DNA of 64,000 nucleotides from an uncultured Chthonomonadaceae bacterium (GTDB lineage Bacteria; Armatimonadota; Chthonomonadetes; Chthonomonadales; Chthonomonadaceae). Of this stretch, positions 25,341 through 35,715 are shown in pieces (the first letter of the stretch is position 1; every line of letters begins with the position of its first letter). The notes under the pieces are model-generated. The model was not told where the DNA came from, did not search any database, and was given only the letters and a program-made list of their open reading frames with translations. The stretch lies in assembly GCA_963835065.1 (NCBI GenBank), contig CAWIEK010000049.1, positions 320,001 through 384,000 of the forward strand, read 5' to 3'. The position numbers and the translations under genes are program-made.

Positions 25341-26273
25341 TTATTCCAATCGGCCACTACTGGCTTCGAGCCATGGGTACTCTGCGACGGCCTTCATTTT
25401 TTCTAAACCTGTGCGGGCCACAAGGCGCGGGTCTTGCGCGTAATAGTTCGCGTTGAACAGTTCCAACGACAACACGCCGTCAAAACCGATATGCTGCAAG
25501 ATGGGTATGATTTCCGCCCAGGGCGCAATGCCATCGCCGGGATAGATGCGGTCGGCATCGGTAATGGCAATGGGCGCAATGTCGGGAAAATCGTTGACGT
25601 GGAAGACGGGAATAGCGGACGGGCGCAGCAGGTTCAGCCCCGCATAGCCCGACCCGCCCTTGTACAGATGGTACACATCCGGCAGAATACACGCTTCGGG
25701 ATGCCCTGACTCGATGGCGACAAAGGCCGCTTCGCCCAACTTCTGCAAGGTTTGCGAAAAGCCCCACACTTCCACCTGCGGCACAACTCCAAACTCCGAA
25801 CCTATGTCCAACAAAGCGCGGTACCGTTCCGCCGCCAGCCACAAATCAATGTCGTTGCGCTCCGTCGCCTTGAACGCGGGCGCAGCCAGGCGCTTGCCGC
25901 CAATTGCCGCCAACAACTCCATGTTGCGCCGCGCTTCTTCCAGCGCCGCCTTGCGCTCCTCGGCGTCATCCACAATCCACGCAAAAAAGCCAATCGCGCC
26001 TTCCACGCTCAGGCCGCTGTCTTCCAGCCGCCTGCGCAAATCCGGCAGCGAACCGCCCTCCGCCACATAGCGGTCAATCTCATCAATCCACGGCTCAATC
26101 GCCTGATACCCCGCCTGCGCCGTAATATCGATCACTTCGGTCAGCGGCAGTTTATGCCCCCGCAGCGTACTGGTATTCAAACCATAGCGAAATGTAGAGG
26201 TCCTTGAAACCAATGGCTTTATCCTTATCAAAAGAGAATAGAACACCCGCTCTACGCAAACCACACGCCTCAC
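25341..26273 (-). CDS. Sugar phosphate isomerase/epimerase (TIM barrel); start uncertain
   Basis: DVYH, FHVND, RIYPGDG, LSLELFN. Confidence 0.85.
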   Translation of the reverse strand: MRRVVCVERVFYSLLIRIKPLVSRTSTFRYGLNTSTLRGHKLPLTEVIDITAQAGYQAIEPWIDEIDRYVAEGGSLPDLRRRLEDSGLSVEGAIGFFAWIVDDAEERKAALEEARRNMELLAAIGGKRLAAPAFKATERNDIDLWLAAERYRALLDIGSEFGVVPQVEVWGFSQTLQKLGEAAFVAIESGHPEACILPDVYHLYKGGSGYAGLNLLRPSAIPVFHVNDFPDIAPIAITDADRIYPGDGIAPWAEIIPILQHIGFDGVLSLELFNANYYAQDPRLVARTGLEKMKAVAEYPWLEASSGRLE

Positions 26274-26770
26274 CTATCGCCGGTATCCTGCCTCAAACGC
26301 TCCGCTAATTCGCGTAATTCTCTTACGGACACATTCACATCATCAAGCATTTGCTCAAGATGCTGAATACGCTCCTGCCATAGCCGTTCTTCCTGATGCG
26401 TCAATCTGTGTTCCACGAGTTGAGACCGATTCAAGCGCAGCTTGCGGATATGAAACAAGCCGGTGACGTTCAAAGCCTGAAGGCGTCCATAATCGTCCTC
26501 CCGGAAATGCAGGTTCACATCATCCAAAAGCGGATGCAGTAAACGGTGTTCTGGCGCGGAAGTGGACAAGTCAGGAAAGAAATCACTCTTGAACTGATTG
26601 CATCGGTTACAGGCATAGACGAGATTATCGTCGCTGTCGTCACCATTTCTGGACACAGGGCGAAAATGGTCAATCGTTAATTCACCCCCGCTACTGGTTT
26701 CGGATACGCCGCAATAGCCGCAGCGAAAGTCGTAGCGTTGCCGTACTTGATCTTGTTTCGGGTGTGCCAT
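26270..26770 (-). CDS. HNH endonuclease
   Basis: CGYC...IDHFRP...NLVYACNRCN. Confidence 0.9.
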   Translation of the reverse strand: MAHPKQDQVRQRYDFRCGYCGVSETSSGGELTIDHFRPVSRNGDDSDDNLVYACNRCNQFKSDFFPDLSTSAPEHRLLHPLLDDVNLHFREDDYGRLQALNVTGLFHIRKLRLNRSQLVEHRLTHQEERLWQERIQHLEQMLDDVNVSVRELRELAERLRQDTGDR

Positions 26771-27066
26771 CAGCTGGTAGCAAGGCCAAGCCGGCGGCGG
26801 GTCGGTTCACTCAGACGGGCTTCCGTTTCCGCGATCTGTGCCCGCAGCGCGGCGGATTCTGACTGCGCGCGGGCAATCTGCGCGTCCAGTTCCTTCGCTT
26901 TGGCATGAATAGCCTGTAGAGTATTCAGGCTTCCCGGCAAAATCTCTTCGGCGTCCAGTTCGGCACAGCCCGCCTCATACATTCCCTGCTCTTCCGACGT
27001 CAGCGTTTCGCCTAGCGCCCATCGGTCATGCAGTGCCTGCCATTGTTGATACGCTGTCTCGTTCAT
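26770..27066 (-). CDS. Small coiled-coil hypothetical protein, coupled to HNH gene
   Basis: 98 aa; stop overlaps HNH start. Confidence 0.65.
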   Translation of the reverse strand: MNETAYQQWQALHDRWALGETLTSEEQGMYEAGCAELDAEEILPGSLNTLQAIHAKAKELDAQIARAQSESAALRAQIAETEARLSEPTRRRLGLATS

Positions 27067-27109
27067 CGTTTGCGCCTTCTAAATATTTGTGGCTGACGCT
27101 TGACGCTTT

Positions 27110-27664
27110 TCAGTCACCGCCTTTGATATTGGCTCTGATACGGCTTAAGTCTAATCTATCAAAGTATTTTGCAGGATCATTGATACCTTGCAATGCCATC
27201 ATTATCCATTCTGCCTTTACCTCGCCGTCGCTCAGTAAATACTCTTCCACGATGATAGCATCAGGAATTTGCAGTATTTTCAACAATGCAGCAATCACAA
27301 CTCCTGTTCTGTCCTTTCCTGAAGTGCAATGCACAAGAACCGGATAAGCCAGGTAGATATCTTCAAAAACGCTTATTACATTCCTTAACCACTGCCTGAC
27401 TTGCCGGTTCGTGGTTTCGTATTTTTCATAGTCATTTGAGATAGGAAAATGGAGCATACGAGCGTCAAATGTCTTTGCATCCTCACCTTTTCGTAAATTT
27501 ATGATTGTTTTGGGCAAACCAATTTGTTCGGCACTATCAACAAATTCCAGTTTGCCGCCTCGATACAGTTTTCCTGATGGCAGTAAGGTTTGGGAGGAGA
27601 GAAGGTTGACAAACTCCCCAACATCACGAAAATTGACACATCCTTGTGAGTAATCGAGCGACAT
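27110..27664 (-). CDS. Tyrosine/dual-specificity phosphatase (Y_phosphatase3-like)
   Basis: NFRDVG, HCTSGKDRTG. Confidence 0.9.
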   Translation of the reverse strand: MSLDYSQGCVNFRDVGEFVNLLSSQTLLPSGKLYRGGKLEFVDSAEQIGLPKTIINLRKGEDAKTFDARMLHFPISNDYEKYETTNRQVRQWLRNVISVFEDIYLAYPVLVHCTSGKDRTGVVIAALLKILQIPDAIIVEEYLLSDGEVKAEWIMMALQGINDPAKYFDRLDLSRIRANIKGGD

Positions 27665-27691
27665 AAGTTGACTTTAGCTTCAGTCCCTTTT

Positions 27692-27821
27692 TCTATTCAT
27701 TCGCGTGTTTCACAGAAACGCTATCCGCAAGAAAAACACAGGCTTCATTGATGTCCCGCGTGGCATGTTCATAAACGCAAATGGCATAGCGGCGTGGCTC
27801 GTCCGCTTCTTGTGAGTTCAC
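27692..27821 (-). pseudogene. Truncated ParE/RelE-like toxin
   Basis: Manual translation MNSQEADEPRRYAICVYEHATRDINEACVFLADSVSVKHANE*; GTG start overlaps antitoxin-like stop. Confidence 0.4.
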
Positions 27822-27994
27822 CGACTTGCCGCCTTAAGACCTTCGGCTTGCAAGGCGTCGAGGCACTCCCACACTTCATCGAGACTGTAGGTTTTGCCTC
27901 CCGCTTCAATATCGTCTAGTCGGGTATTGATAATTTCGATCCACTCCGCTTTGTCTTGCTGTTCCGCCTCAATGGTGTCCACAATCTTAAACAT
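27818..27994 (-). CDS. Addiction-module antitoxin-like small protein (58 aa, below ORF-track cutoff)
   Basis: Manual translation MFKIVDTIEAEQQDKAEWIEIINTRLDDIEAGGKTYSLDEVWECL... Confidence 0.5.
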   Translation of the reverse strand: MFKIVDTIEAEQQDKAEWIEIINTRLDDIEAGGKTYSLDEVWECLDALQAEGLKAASR

Positions 27995-28030
27995 GGTTCT
28001 TTCCCTTGTTTGACAAACCAGTATGTAAAA

Positions 28031-28285
28031 TCAAGGCTTATTCCGGCGCGGCAACGTTTTAATCTCGCCCAACGCAATCACATTCCCCGACGCAGACGTT
28101 CCGACCACCTTGCCGCCCGTCTTCTTTCCCGCATTGCCCTGTTCCGCAAACGCGCACTTGCTGCACCCGCCGCCACAGCCACTCTTGCTGGCAAAAAACG
28201 ACTTTGCCGACGCGACAAACTGCCGCCCAAGATAAATCAGGGCGGTCCCTACAATCGCCAATGCTATGAGTTTCTGAACGTCCAT
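28031..28285 (-). CDS. FeoB-associated Cys-rich membrane protein
   Basis: TM helix then CGGGCSKC; follows feoB. Confidence 0.8.
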   Translation of the reverse strand: MDVQKLIALAIVGTALIYLGRQFVASAKSFFASKSGCGGGCSKCAFAEQGNAGKKTGGKVVGTSASGNVIALGEIKTLPRRNKP

Positions 28286-28330
28286 AATCATCAATCCAAA
28301 ATCGGAAATCGCCAATCGGAAATCGTCAAT

Positions 28331-30475
28331 TTAAAATCCCAACGCCCGTCCCGCATGGTAAACGAAAAACGTCACCAGCCAGGCCAGCAGCGACATATAG
28401 CCTATCTGGAACAGCGGCCACTTCCAGCCGTTTGTTTCCCGGCGCACAACCGCCACCGTTGACATACACTGCATCGCCAGCACGTAGTACACCATCAGGC
28501 ACACGGCTACAAGCGGTGAAAACAGCAGTTGTCCCGTCCGCTCGTCCCGGTCTTCCGCCATTTTCTTGCCCAATTCCGCCTGCCCCTGCTCTTCCGCGTC
28601 ACTTACATTATAAACCGTGCCCATCGTGGACACGAACACCTCGCGGGCAATAAACGACGACGCGATGCCCACGCCCATTTTCCAGTCAAAACCGAGCGGA
28701 CGAATGGCCGGTTCGATCACATGCCCGATCTGCCCGATATACGATTTCGCCAGCGCCTGATCGTCGCTCATGCCCGGATGTTTCGGGTACGTGGACAAAA
28801 ACCAGACCACAACCGAAACCGCCAGAATGATCGTCCACGCGCGTTTCACGAACAGACTCGCCCGTTCCGCCATTTGCAGCACGGCTGTGCGTACGGACGG
28901 CAAGCGATATGGCGGCAGTTCCATTAAAAACGTCGGCGCGACGCCTTTGAGCAGGGTGCGATGAAACAGCCACGCCATGCAAAAGGCGGCAATCATGCCT
29001 AAAAAGTACATCGCCACAAACGTCACGCCCGGCAGCGTCAGCAATGTGAGATGCCCGATCCGCAATACGGGACGATTGGGAATAAACGCGCTGGTCATCA
29101 GCAAATAAACGGGCAGACGGGCGGAACACGACATCAGGGGCGCAACCAGAATGGTAATCAAACGCGCTTTGCGGTCGCCAATCGTGCGCGTCGCCATAAT
29201 GCCCGGTATCGCGCAGGCAAAGGACGACAGCAGGGGGATAAAACTCTTGCCGTGCAGTCCCACCTTGCTCATCAGCCGATCCATCAGAAACGCGGCGCGA
29301 GCCATGTACCCGGTATCTTCCAGCAGGCTGATGAAAAAGAACAGAAGTAGAATTTGCGGCAGAAACGCAAGGGTCGTACCCACGCCGCCCAAAATGCCCG
29401 CGTCAATCAGGCCGCGCAAATCGCCGGGGGGCATGTGCTTGGTGAGCAGCCCGCCCAGTTTGCCGATGCCGTCTTTAATCCAACTCGCCGGCCCTTGCCC
29501 AATCGAAAAAATCGCTTGAAATACAACGGTCATCACGATCACGAACAGCGCGTAGCCCCAAAACGGGTGCATCACCACTTTGTCAACGCGCTGATTGGTC
29601 GAAATCGGACGGCGCTGCGCGGGAGCAGTTTCCTGCGTTACGCCTTTACAAACGCGATTGATCCACGCATACCGCGCATCAATGGCCTGCGCCGCGAAAT
29701 CTATGCCGTCCGCAAGCATTTGCCGGTGCGTGGCTTTTACCAATTCCTGCGTTGTCGGCGCGAGATGATCTGTCGGCTGCAATTCGCTTTCCTGCATCAG
29801 CAGCGTCACGGCTTCGGCAAACGCGGCGCGGGGCGATTGGTGGTGTTCCCGCTCCAATTCGCTTTGCAGCGCGGCAATTTCTTCAACAATGTCTTTGGGA
29901 ACGTCCCATGCGGGCGGAGGCGGAGGCATGTCGGCGCTTGTGCGCAGGGTTGCCAGCAGCGCGTCCAACCCCTGCTTGCGCGAAGCAATGACACTGCAAA
30001 CCGGAACGCCAAGATTACGCGCCAACACGTCTGCATTTACGGTTGTGCCCGCTTTGTCCAGCGTGTCCGTCATGGTCAGCGCGACCACAACCGGCAGCCC
30101 TATGTCCAACAATTGACTGGAAATATACAGATTGCGTTCGAGGTTGGAGGCATCTACGACGTTGAGGATCACGTCGGGGCGGGGCGTATCATCGCGCAAG
30201 CCCATCAGCACTTCGCGGGCGATCACTTCATCGGGAGAATGGGGAGTCAGGGAATACAGGCCGGGGAGGTCCAGCAGACGAGCGACGCTCCCATCGGGCA
30301 GGGTTACACGCCCTTCTTTCTTCTCAACGGTCACGCCTGGATAATTGCCGACCTTCTGGCGCAGGCCGGTCAGCGCGTTAAACAGCGTGGTTTTGCCGCA
30401 GTTCGGATTGCCGACCAGCGCCACCGTCAGCATGGACGCAGCCACCGCGCTGTCCCGTTCTACCGCGCTCGTCAT
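28331..30475 (-). CDS. feoB: Ferrous iron transporter B
   Basis: GNPNCGKT, VGNYPGVTVE, DLPG, MSCSARLP. Confidence 0.97.
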   Translation of the reverse strand: MTSAVERDSAVAASMLTVALVGNPNCGKTTLFNALTGLRQKVGNYPGVTVEKKEGRVTLPDGSVARLLDLPGLYSLTPHSPDEVIAREVLMGLRDDTPRPDVILNVVDASNLERNLYISSQLLDIGLPVVVALTMTDTLDKAGTTVNADVLARNLGVPVCSVIASRKQGLDALLATLRTSADMPPPPPAWDVPKDIVEEIAALQSELEREHHQSPRAAFAEAVTLLMQESELQPTDHLAPTTQELVKATHRQMLADGIDFAAQAIDARYAWINRVCKGVTQETAPAQRRPISTNQRVDKVVMHPFWGYALFVIVMTVVFQAIFSIGQGPASWIKDGIGKLGGLLTKHMPPGDLRGLIDAGILGGVGTTLAFLPQILLLFFFISLLEDTGYMARAAFLMDRLMSKVGLHGKSFIPLLSSFACAIPGIMATRTIGDRKARLITILVAPLMSCSARLPVYLLMTSAFIPNRPVLRIGHLTLLTLPGVTFVAMYFLGMIAAFCMAWLFHRTLLKGVAPTFLMELPPYRLPSVRTAVLQMAERASLFVKRAWTIILAVSVVVWFLSTYPKHPGMSDDQALAKSYIGQIGHVIEPAIRPLGFDWKMGVGIASSFIAREVFVSTMGTVYNVSDAEEQGQAELGKKMAEDRDERTGQLLFSPLVAVCLMVYYVLAMQCMSTVAVVRRETNGWKWPLFQIGYMSLLAWLVTFFVYHAGRALGF

Positions 30476-30990
30476 TACCGTTCGTCCTGCTTCACGCTTG
30501 CATTCTTCACGTGTTCAATGCTTACATCTTTGATGAGCGCGGTTTCGCTTGCGGCGAATTTGGAAAAATCAAAATCCGCGTCTTCCGCTTCCTCAAACGC
30601 TGTCGGCGCATCACCAAGCCACACAAGCGCCGCTTCCTCGCGCCGCAGCGACAACTGGTAATTGCGCACTTCCACGTCCAATGGCCCGCCGAACGCCGCC
30701 GCGCGCACCACCTGCACATGCGTACCCGGCGTCATGCCCATTTCCAGCAGGCGCAAGCGTCCCTGCGCGCTGCCGCACAAACGGCTGATATACCCGCACT
30801 CGCCCGGCTGCAAATCGGCCAGCGTCAGGCCGTCGCGTGTCAAGGAACCACGCCGGGGCGCAGCTTCGGTATCCAATGCCGATTGCGCGTTCGCGCCGAA
30901 CTGCCCGGCCAGGCTCAAATCCTGCTTCCGCTTGCGTTCCAGCAGGGTCGCAAACCAGCAGCCCAGCGTTTTTTTAGATGAAGGTTGCAT
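30475..30990 (-). CDS. feoA: FeoA domain protein
   Basis: LRLLEMGMTPGT...GGPL...LSLRREEA. Confidence 0.9.
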   Translation of the reverse strand: MQPSSKKTLGCWFATLLERKRKQDLSLAGQFGANAQSALDTEAAPRRGSLTRDGLTLADLQPGECGYISRLCGSAQGRLRLLEMGMTPGTHVQVVRAAAFGGPLDVEVRNYQLSLRREEAALVWLGDAPTAFEEAEDADFDFSKFAASETALIKDVSIEHVKNASVKQDER

Positions 30991-31116
30991 AAGCAAACAG
31001 TGTCCTCAATCGCGCATTCTTCGCGCGTTTCCTACTGCTGCATCTTGTGACGTAACTATCTGCGGAAAGTTTCAATCTCAACTTACCGGTTTCACCAACT
31101 ACCAGCCACCAACCAC

Positions 31117-31860
31117 TTACCCTCGCGCAAAAACCCAGATGCTGTTGGCGACATCCCGCCCGATAGCAATCGGCGCAGCCTGCCCGAAAACATCCAGCGT
31201 CATCACATCGCCAAATGGCGTTCGCGCTTTTAGAATAAGGGGCGTACCGGGCATCAGGCCAATATCCATTACATAACTCAGAAATTCCAGTCGCTCATCG
31301 GAGATTTTCGCAACCGTCAACTCACTGCCCACTTCACACTCCGCCAATCGCCGCGAACCATCCTTGAAAGTAGCGTCAATCGGGTTTCCGTGTGGGCAGG
31401 TCGTCGGGTAATTCATGGCATGGGCAATACGGTCTGCCACGGATTCGCTGATAAAATGTTCCAGTTTGCAGGCCAGTTCGTGAACGTCTTCCCACGGCAG
31501 TTCCAGAAAATCTACCAGCATGCGCTCCACAAGCCGATGCTTGCGCAGCAATCCAATGGAAAGCGTTTCGCCCTTCGGCGTCAGGCGCACACCCTTGTAC
31601 GGCGTGTGTTCCACCAGCGCCAATTCCGACAATTTTTTCAGCATCGTGGTCACGGAAGCGGGCGCGACATTCATATACTTGGCAATATCACCCGTGCCCA
31701 CCACTTCGAGTTCTTCCTGCAGGCGATAAATGCCTTCGGTGTACTCTTCGACGGTTTCTTTTTCTTCCTGCCGCTCCCGGTCGCACGTCGCAGGCCGACA
31801 ACTCGCCGGAACCCGCAACAGCACTTCTCTGGCTTCTTTTTTCGCTTCCTTAACAGGCAC
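31117..31860 (-). CDS. DtxR/MntR family metal-dependent repressor
   Basis: EEYTEGIY, KHRLVE, LEHFIS, CPHGNPI, C-terminal FeoA-like domain. Confidence 0.92.
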   Translation of the reverse strand: MPVKEAKKEAREVLLRVPASCRPATCDRERQEEKETVEEYTEGIYRLQEELEVVGTGDIAKYMNVAPASVTTMLKKLSELALVEHTPYKGVRLTPKGETLSIGLLRKHRLVERMLVDFLELPWEDVHELACKLEHFISESVADRIAHAMNYPTTCPHGNPIDATFKDGSRRLAECEVGSELTVAKISDERLEFLSYVMDIGLMPGTPLILKARTPFGDVMTLDVFGQAAPIAIGRDVANSIWVFARG

Positions 31861-32000
31861 GGCGTTCTTCCTTATACAAAATACAATCGGTTTCAGCCTC
31901 GATTGCGAAATCCTTCGCCGGACACTTTAGCGGCTTCCTCTATTGTATCATTAAATTACGCCTGGCGTCCATGTTTTTGCGCCTACAACCAAAAATAAAT

Positions 32001-32016
32001 TTTAGTCTGTGCTAAA
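32001..32016. promoter_or_regulatory. Putative DtxR-family operator
   Basis: TTTAG-N6-CTAAA palindrome upstream of dtxR-feoAB. Confidence 0.55.
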
Positions 32017-32050
32017 CTGCCCCTGACTTCATACGTTGCTTGAACCGATG

Positions 32051-32109
32051 TTGCATATTTCTGACGCCACAGGTATACTACAACCAGAACATTGTGAAAT
32101 CGTTCACGA
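32051..32109 (+). promoter_or_regulatory. mqnE promoter with Rex-like box
   Basis: TTGCAT-N17-TATACT (32051-32079); TTGTGAA-ATCG-TTCACGA (32092-32109), one mismatch to Rex consensus. Confidence 0.65.
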
Positions 32110-32235
32110 ACAATCCGCACCTTTCAGCAAGCGCGATACGTAAACTGAATAAATGCCACAGGAGCGTCGTTCCTGTATCTCTTTCAACTACGAACTCTCA
32201 ACTATCAACTCCTTAACCGGCAGGAGGCTGTCATC

Positions 32236-33441
32236 ATGGCAATACAGGCAATTCAAGAGCAGGCACAACCCAATTTACTGCGCAGGCGCGTGGAACGCTA
32301 CATCGGCGCGGACTTGATGGACATTTACGACAAGATCGCGGATGGGGAACGGCTGTCTTACGAAGATGGAGTCCGGCTGTACCATGCGCCCAGTTTGAGC
32401 GCGGTGGGCTACCTTGCCAACATCGTCCGCGAACGACTGCACGGCGACCGGGCGTACTACGTCCGCAACCAGCACATCAACTACACCAACATCTGCAACA
32501 AGTTCTGCAAGTTCTGCTCCTTTTACGCCAAAAAGGGCGGTCCCGCGCCCTACGAGATGAACATGGACATGGTGCGGCAAAAACTGCTGGCCCACATTGA
32601 CGTGCCCATCACTGAAGTTCACATGGTCGGCGGCATTGACCCGCGCCTGCCCTACCAGTACTATCTCGACCTGCTGCATACCGTCAAGGAAGTCCGCCCT
32701 AACGTCCATATCAAAGCGTTTACGATGGTGGAACTCGTGGAAATCCAGCGTCAGGCGAAGAAGCCCCTCGAAGACGTGCTGCGCGAATTGCAGGCGGCGG
32801 GGCTGGACTCGCTCCCCGGCGGCGGCATCGAAATTCTGTCTGATCGCGTTCATCAGGAACTCTTTGACCGCAAATTGGACGGTGAGGGATGGATGGACGT
32901 AGCCCGCTCCGCCGCCAGAGTGGGACTGACGCAGTACGCGACTATGCTTTACGGCCACATCGAAACGCTGGAAGAGCGTGCCGAGCATCTGGTGCGTATC
33001 CGCGCCCTGCAGGATGAGACAAAGCACTTCGTCACCATGACGCCGCTTTCCTTCCACCCCGAAGGCACGGAACTGGAACACATCCCCCACCCCACCGGCA
33101 CAGACGACCTGCGCAACATCGCCGTCTCGCGCCTGATGCTCGATAACTTCGCGCACATCAAATCCTTCTGGATTATGAACACGCCCCAGGTCACGCAGCT
33201 TGCCCTCTGGTACGGCGCGGACGATGTAGATGGAACCGTCCACGAGTACGAAATCACCTACAAGGACGGTGAACGGGGCAACAAATCGCAAGTTCTAACG
33301 CGCAAGCAGATGATCCGCATGATCGAAGAAGCCGGGCGCATCCCTATCGAGCGCGACAGCCTCTACCACGAGGTTCCCCCACAGCCCGAAGAAGCCACCC
33401 ACAAGGAACACACCCTCATTCCCCTGCCCGTTCTCGCCTGA
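32236..33441 (+). CDS. mqnE: Aminofutalosine synthase (radical SAM, CofH/MqnE family)
   Basis: NYTNICNKFCKFCSF, HIKAFT, ATMLYGHIET, IAVSRLMLDNF.HIKSFW. Confidence 0.9.
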   Translation: MAIQAIQEQAQPNLLRRRVERYIGADLMDIYDKIADGERLSYEDGVRLYHAPSLSAVGYLANIVRERLHGDRAYYVRNQHINYTNICNKFCKFCSFYAKKGGPAPYEMNMDMVRQKLLAHIDVPITEVHMVGGIDPRLPYQYYLDLLHTVKEVRPNVHIKAFTMVELVEIQRQAKKPLEDVLRELQAAGLDSLPGGGIEILSDRVHQELFDRKLDGEGWMDVARSAARVGLTQYATMLYGHIETLEERAEHLVRIRALQDETKHFVTMTPLSFHPEGTELEHIPHPTGTDDLRNIAVSRLMLDNFAHIKSFWIMNTPQVTQLALWYGADDVDGTVHEYEITYKDGERGNKSQVLTRKQMIRMIEEAGRIPIERDSLYHEVPPQPEEATHKEHTLIPLPVLA

Positions 33442-33654
33442 CCTCCGATAGAAAAACAGCACGGTTATTGATGACCGTGCTGTTTAATATCGTCGCAGGC
33501 TGCTAAAATTACCGCTGATGTTCTCGCAACTCCCTCAAAGTACAGGGTATATGTTCGCCAAAGCGCGTTTGCAGCCGAACGTTGATTCGTTCTCCACTTT
33601 CCAGATTTGCCAACTCTGCCATCAGTTTCGGGCTGCATACAAGGAAAGTTCATT

Positions 33655-34416
33655 ATGAATTGTGTCAGAACTGAATCCAATACGCTGAGGCGACAACAGA
33701 GCCGTCAGGTTATCTTCTTTGCTTTGGTGATCTTCCGCCTTACGTGGGTAAACGCGCCTACCGCCAGCGGGATGCCTCAAGAAGCTATCGGCAAACAGCC
33801 TGCATCAGCGGATGCCCCGCAAGCAATCCTCATGGACTGCGCAAAGAAGGATGTCACTGTGTCTCTTGTCACTACGAACACGAGGAAGGCTCCAAGACCT
33901 CAGCACATCGAACTCACATACAAAGGCAAGGCGTATCCCGTACATTCCCTGGCTCAGATGAAAGGCTATGTGGATGTGAAAAACAGCAGTCAGGCACTAA
34001 GCCTTGTGCGGCTAAGAACTTGCTTAGCGCTAAGGCAGGCTTGGGCTGAGGCGGGACAGATGGTTGAAATCATCAAAACAAGCGAAATCACCACGCTGCC
34101 TGACTATCATTTGCCGGGATATGCTGAGTTTCTTCGGAATACGTTGCCACAGGAGATAAAATCCGGCAGTGTCGGGATACTCTCCTCCGAAGCGTACAAA
34201 GCGGGGAGATTTACCCCGGCCAGTGTACGGAAAGTAGAAAACGGCTTTTTGGTGACACGCTGGGTTTTGCTTCGCAACGATAGCGGGCATGATCTGCGGC
34301 TACAGAAGATTCAGGAACACGTAGGTGTGGACGGAACCTATAAAAGAAACGTGTTACTGCAGCAGCATCCGCCAAACTTGCCTGCGACCACATGGGTGAT
34401 GCCTGGCTTCCGGTAG
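33655..34416 (+). CDS. Hypothetical exported protein
   Basis: Long ORF with N-terminal hydrophobic segment. Confidence 0.5.
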   Translation: MNCVRTESNTLRRQQSRQVIFFALVIFRLTWVNAPTASGMPQEAIGKQPASADAPQAILMDCAKKDVTVSLVTTNTRKAPRPQHIELTYKGKAYPVHSLAQMKGYVDVKNSSQALSLVRLRTCLALRQAWAEAGQMVEIIKTSEITTLPDYHLPGYAEFLRNTLPQEIKSGSVGILSSEAYKAGRFTPASVRKVENGFLVTRWVLLRNDSGHDLRLQKIQEHVGVDGTYKRNVLLQQHPPNLPATTWVMPGFR

Positions 34417-34490
34417 AATATTTAGCCATTCCTTGTTTATCATGCAGCGAGCGGGCACTTTTCAGCAGGTATTGTTAAGAGGATGTAGTT

Positions 34491-34733
34491 ATGCGAATAC
34501 TGGTAAAACTGCTCGTCTTATCGGCTCTATCTTACGGCTTAGGGACAGGAGCAGTGGCTATGCAGTCCCAAGCGTCTCATCTTGTCTATGCCAATTCTCT
34601 TGGCGCCTCTAACCACTTCAAATACTTTGTTGCTGTAAATTCGGATGGAACCTACCTTGCTTCGCGTGACGTCAATGATTCGACAATAATCATCTGGAAC
34701 TTAAGAAGTATGTTCTGCCTAATAACGCAGTAG
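34491..34733 (+). pseudogene. Fragment of an exported WD40-like protein
   Basis: Signal peptide then one WD-like repeat (VAVNSDGTYLAS...IIIWN), then stop. Confidence 0.4.
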
Positions 34734-34748
34734 GGGCAGTATTTATCC

Positions 34749-35588
34749 ATGAATTGGCACACTGTTGTGGAGTGGCGCATGAATATCCTAATACGCAAAA
34801 CACGTATCCGAGTTGCAACGACCTGGCAGCGTGCTGCATCGCCTACGCGGCAAAGCAGAAACGTTTTATCTAAGAATGCGCGCTTCGCACAGGTTGCCTT
34901 GTTGCTTCTGCTGATCGAAGCAATTATCTTGGCGCTTCCGGCGTCTACACAGCGGAAGGTGAAGGTAAGGCCTGCCGTGTTGCCCGCCACGCTGCTCCAA
35001 CTGGACAGCAAAGCGACTTTCATCGTCTTCAAGGCGCAAGGGCATCGCTGGAAGCGAGACGTGAGCCTGGCGGTCCTCCTCAAAGACGGAAAGCGTACGT
35101 CAGCCACGTCGTTCCATCCAGGTGAGCCAATCGTACTGCTTTCCACTTTTGACCATTTTGACCTCATTGACACAGTCGCCGACAGGTCCTCTTACGCCGC
35201 CTTTTGCCATGACCTGGCTTTTCAGGGCCTCGTGCAGAGTTGGCAGCCCGGTCACTCCTTGCTTCTCTCGGGTGCCAGCGTCTACAAGGGCCGGGAAGAA
35301 ATTCAAGCGGCTTCTCAACATACCGAATACCACGTTCAGATACGACCCGAAACGCAGTTCTGGTTGAATAAGGAAGTGAGAACTCATGCTTATGCCCGGA
35401 AGTTTCTGGCTGTCGGAACGAAGTTGTTTGTCGCTGTGCGTTGGAGGGACTACAAATATACCGATTTCCTTCCGGCCCACGCTGTCTTTGATGAGCGAAC
35501 CTGGCAGGCTTATGCGCGTTCAGAGCTGAGAACGGCAACAGACCTCTTCCTGCCGCGTACTCCGCAATCTAAAAGGACGAAAGATTAG
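34749..35588 (+). CDS. Hypothetical membrane-anchored protein
   Basis: 279-aa ORF with hydrophobic VALLLLLIEAIILAL. Confidence 0.5.
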   Translation: MNWHTVVEWRMNILIRKTRIRVATTWQRAASPTRQSRNVLSKNARFAQVALLLLLIEAIILALPASTQRKVKVRPAVLPATLLQLDSKATFIVFKAQGHRWKRDVSLAVLLKDGKRTSATSFHPGEPIVLLSTFDHFDLIDTVADRSSYAAFCHDLAFQGLVQSWQPGHSLLLSGASVYKGREEIQAASQHTEYHVQIRPETQFWLNKEVRTHAYARKFLAVGTKLFVAVRWRDYKYTDFLPAHAVFDERTWQAYARSELRTATDLFLPRTPQSKRTKD

Positions 35589-35624
35589 CCGCACGAGATA
35601 CGCTCTGATAACGCCTGCAATAAC

Positions 35625-35714
35625 GACGGGCTGAGACGCAGCGCGTTCAAGGCGGGCAGGGTTCTGGCGACATTTGTGTGGGATGGCGATGACTACCTGA
35701 TGGAGAAAAGCTGA
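35625..35714 (+). pseudogene. 3' remnant of an Rhs-repeat gene
   Basis: DGLRRSAFKAGRVLATFVWDGDDYLMEKS*; near-identical copy at 38952-39041; last 14 nt also at 43840-43853. Confidence 0.7.
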
Positions 35715-35715
35715 T

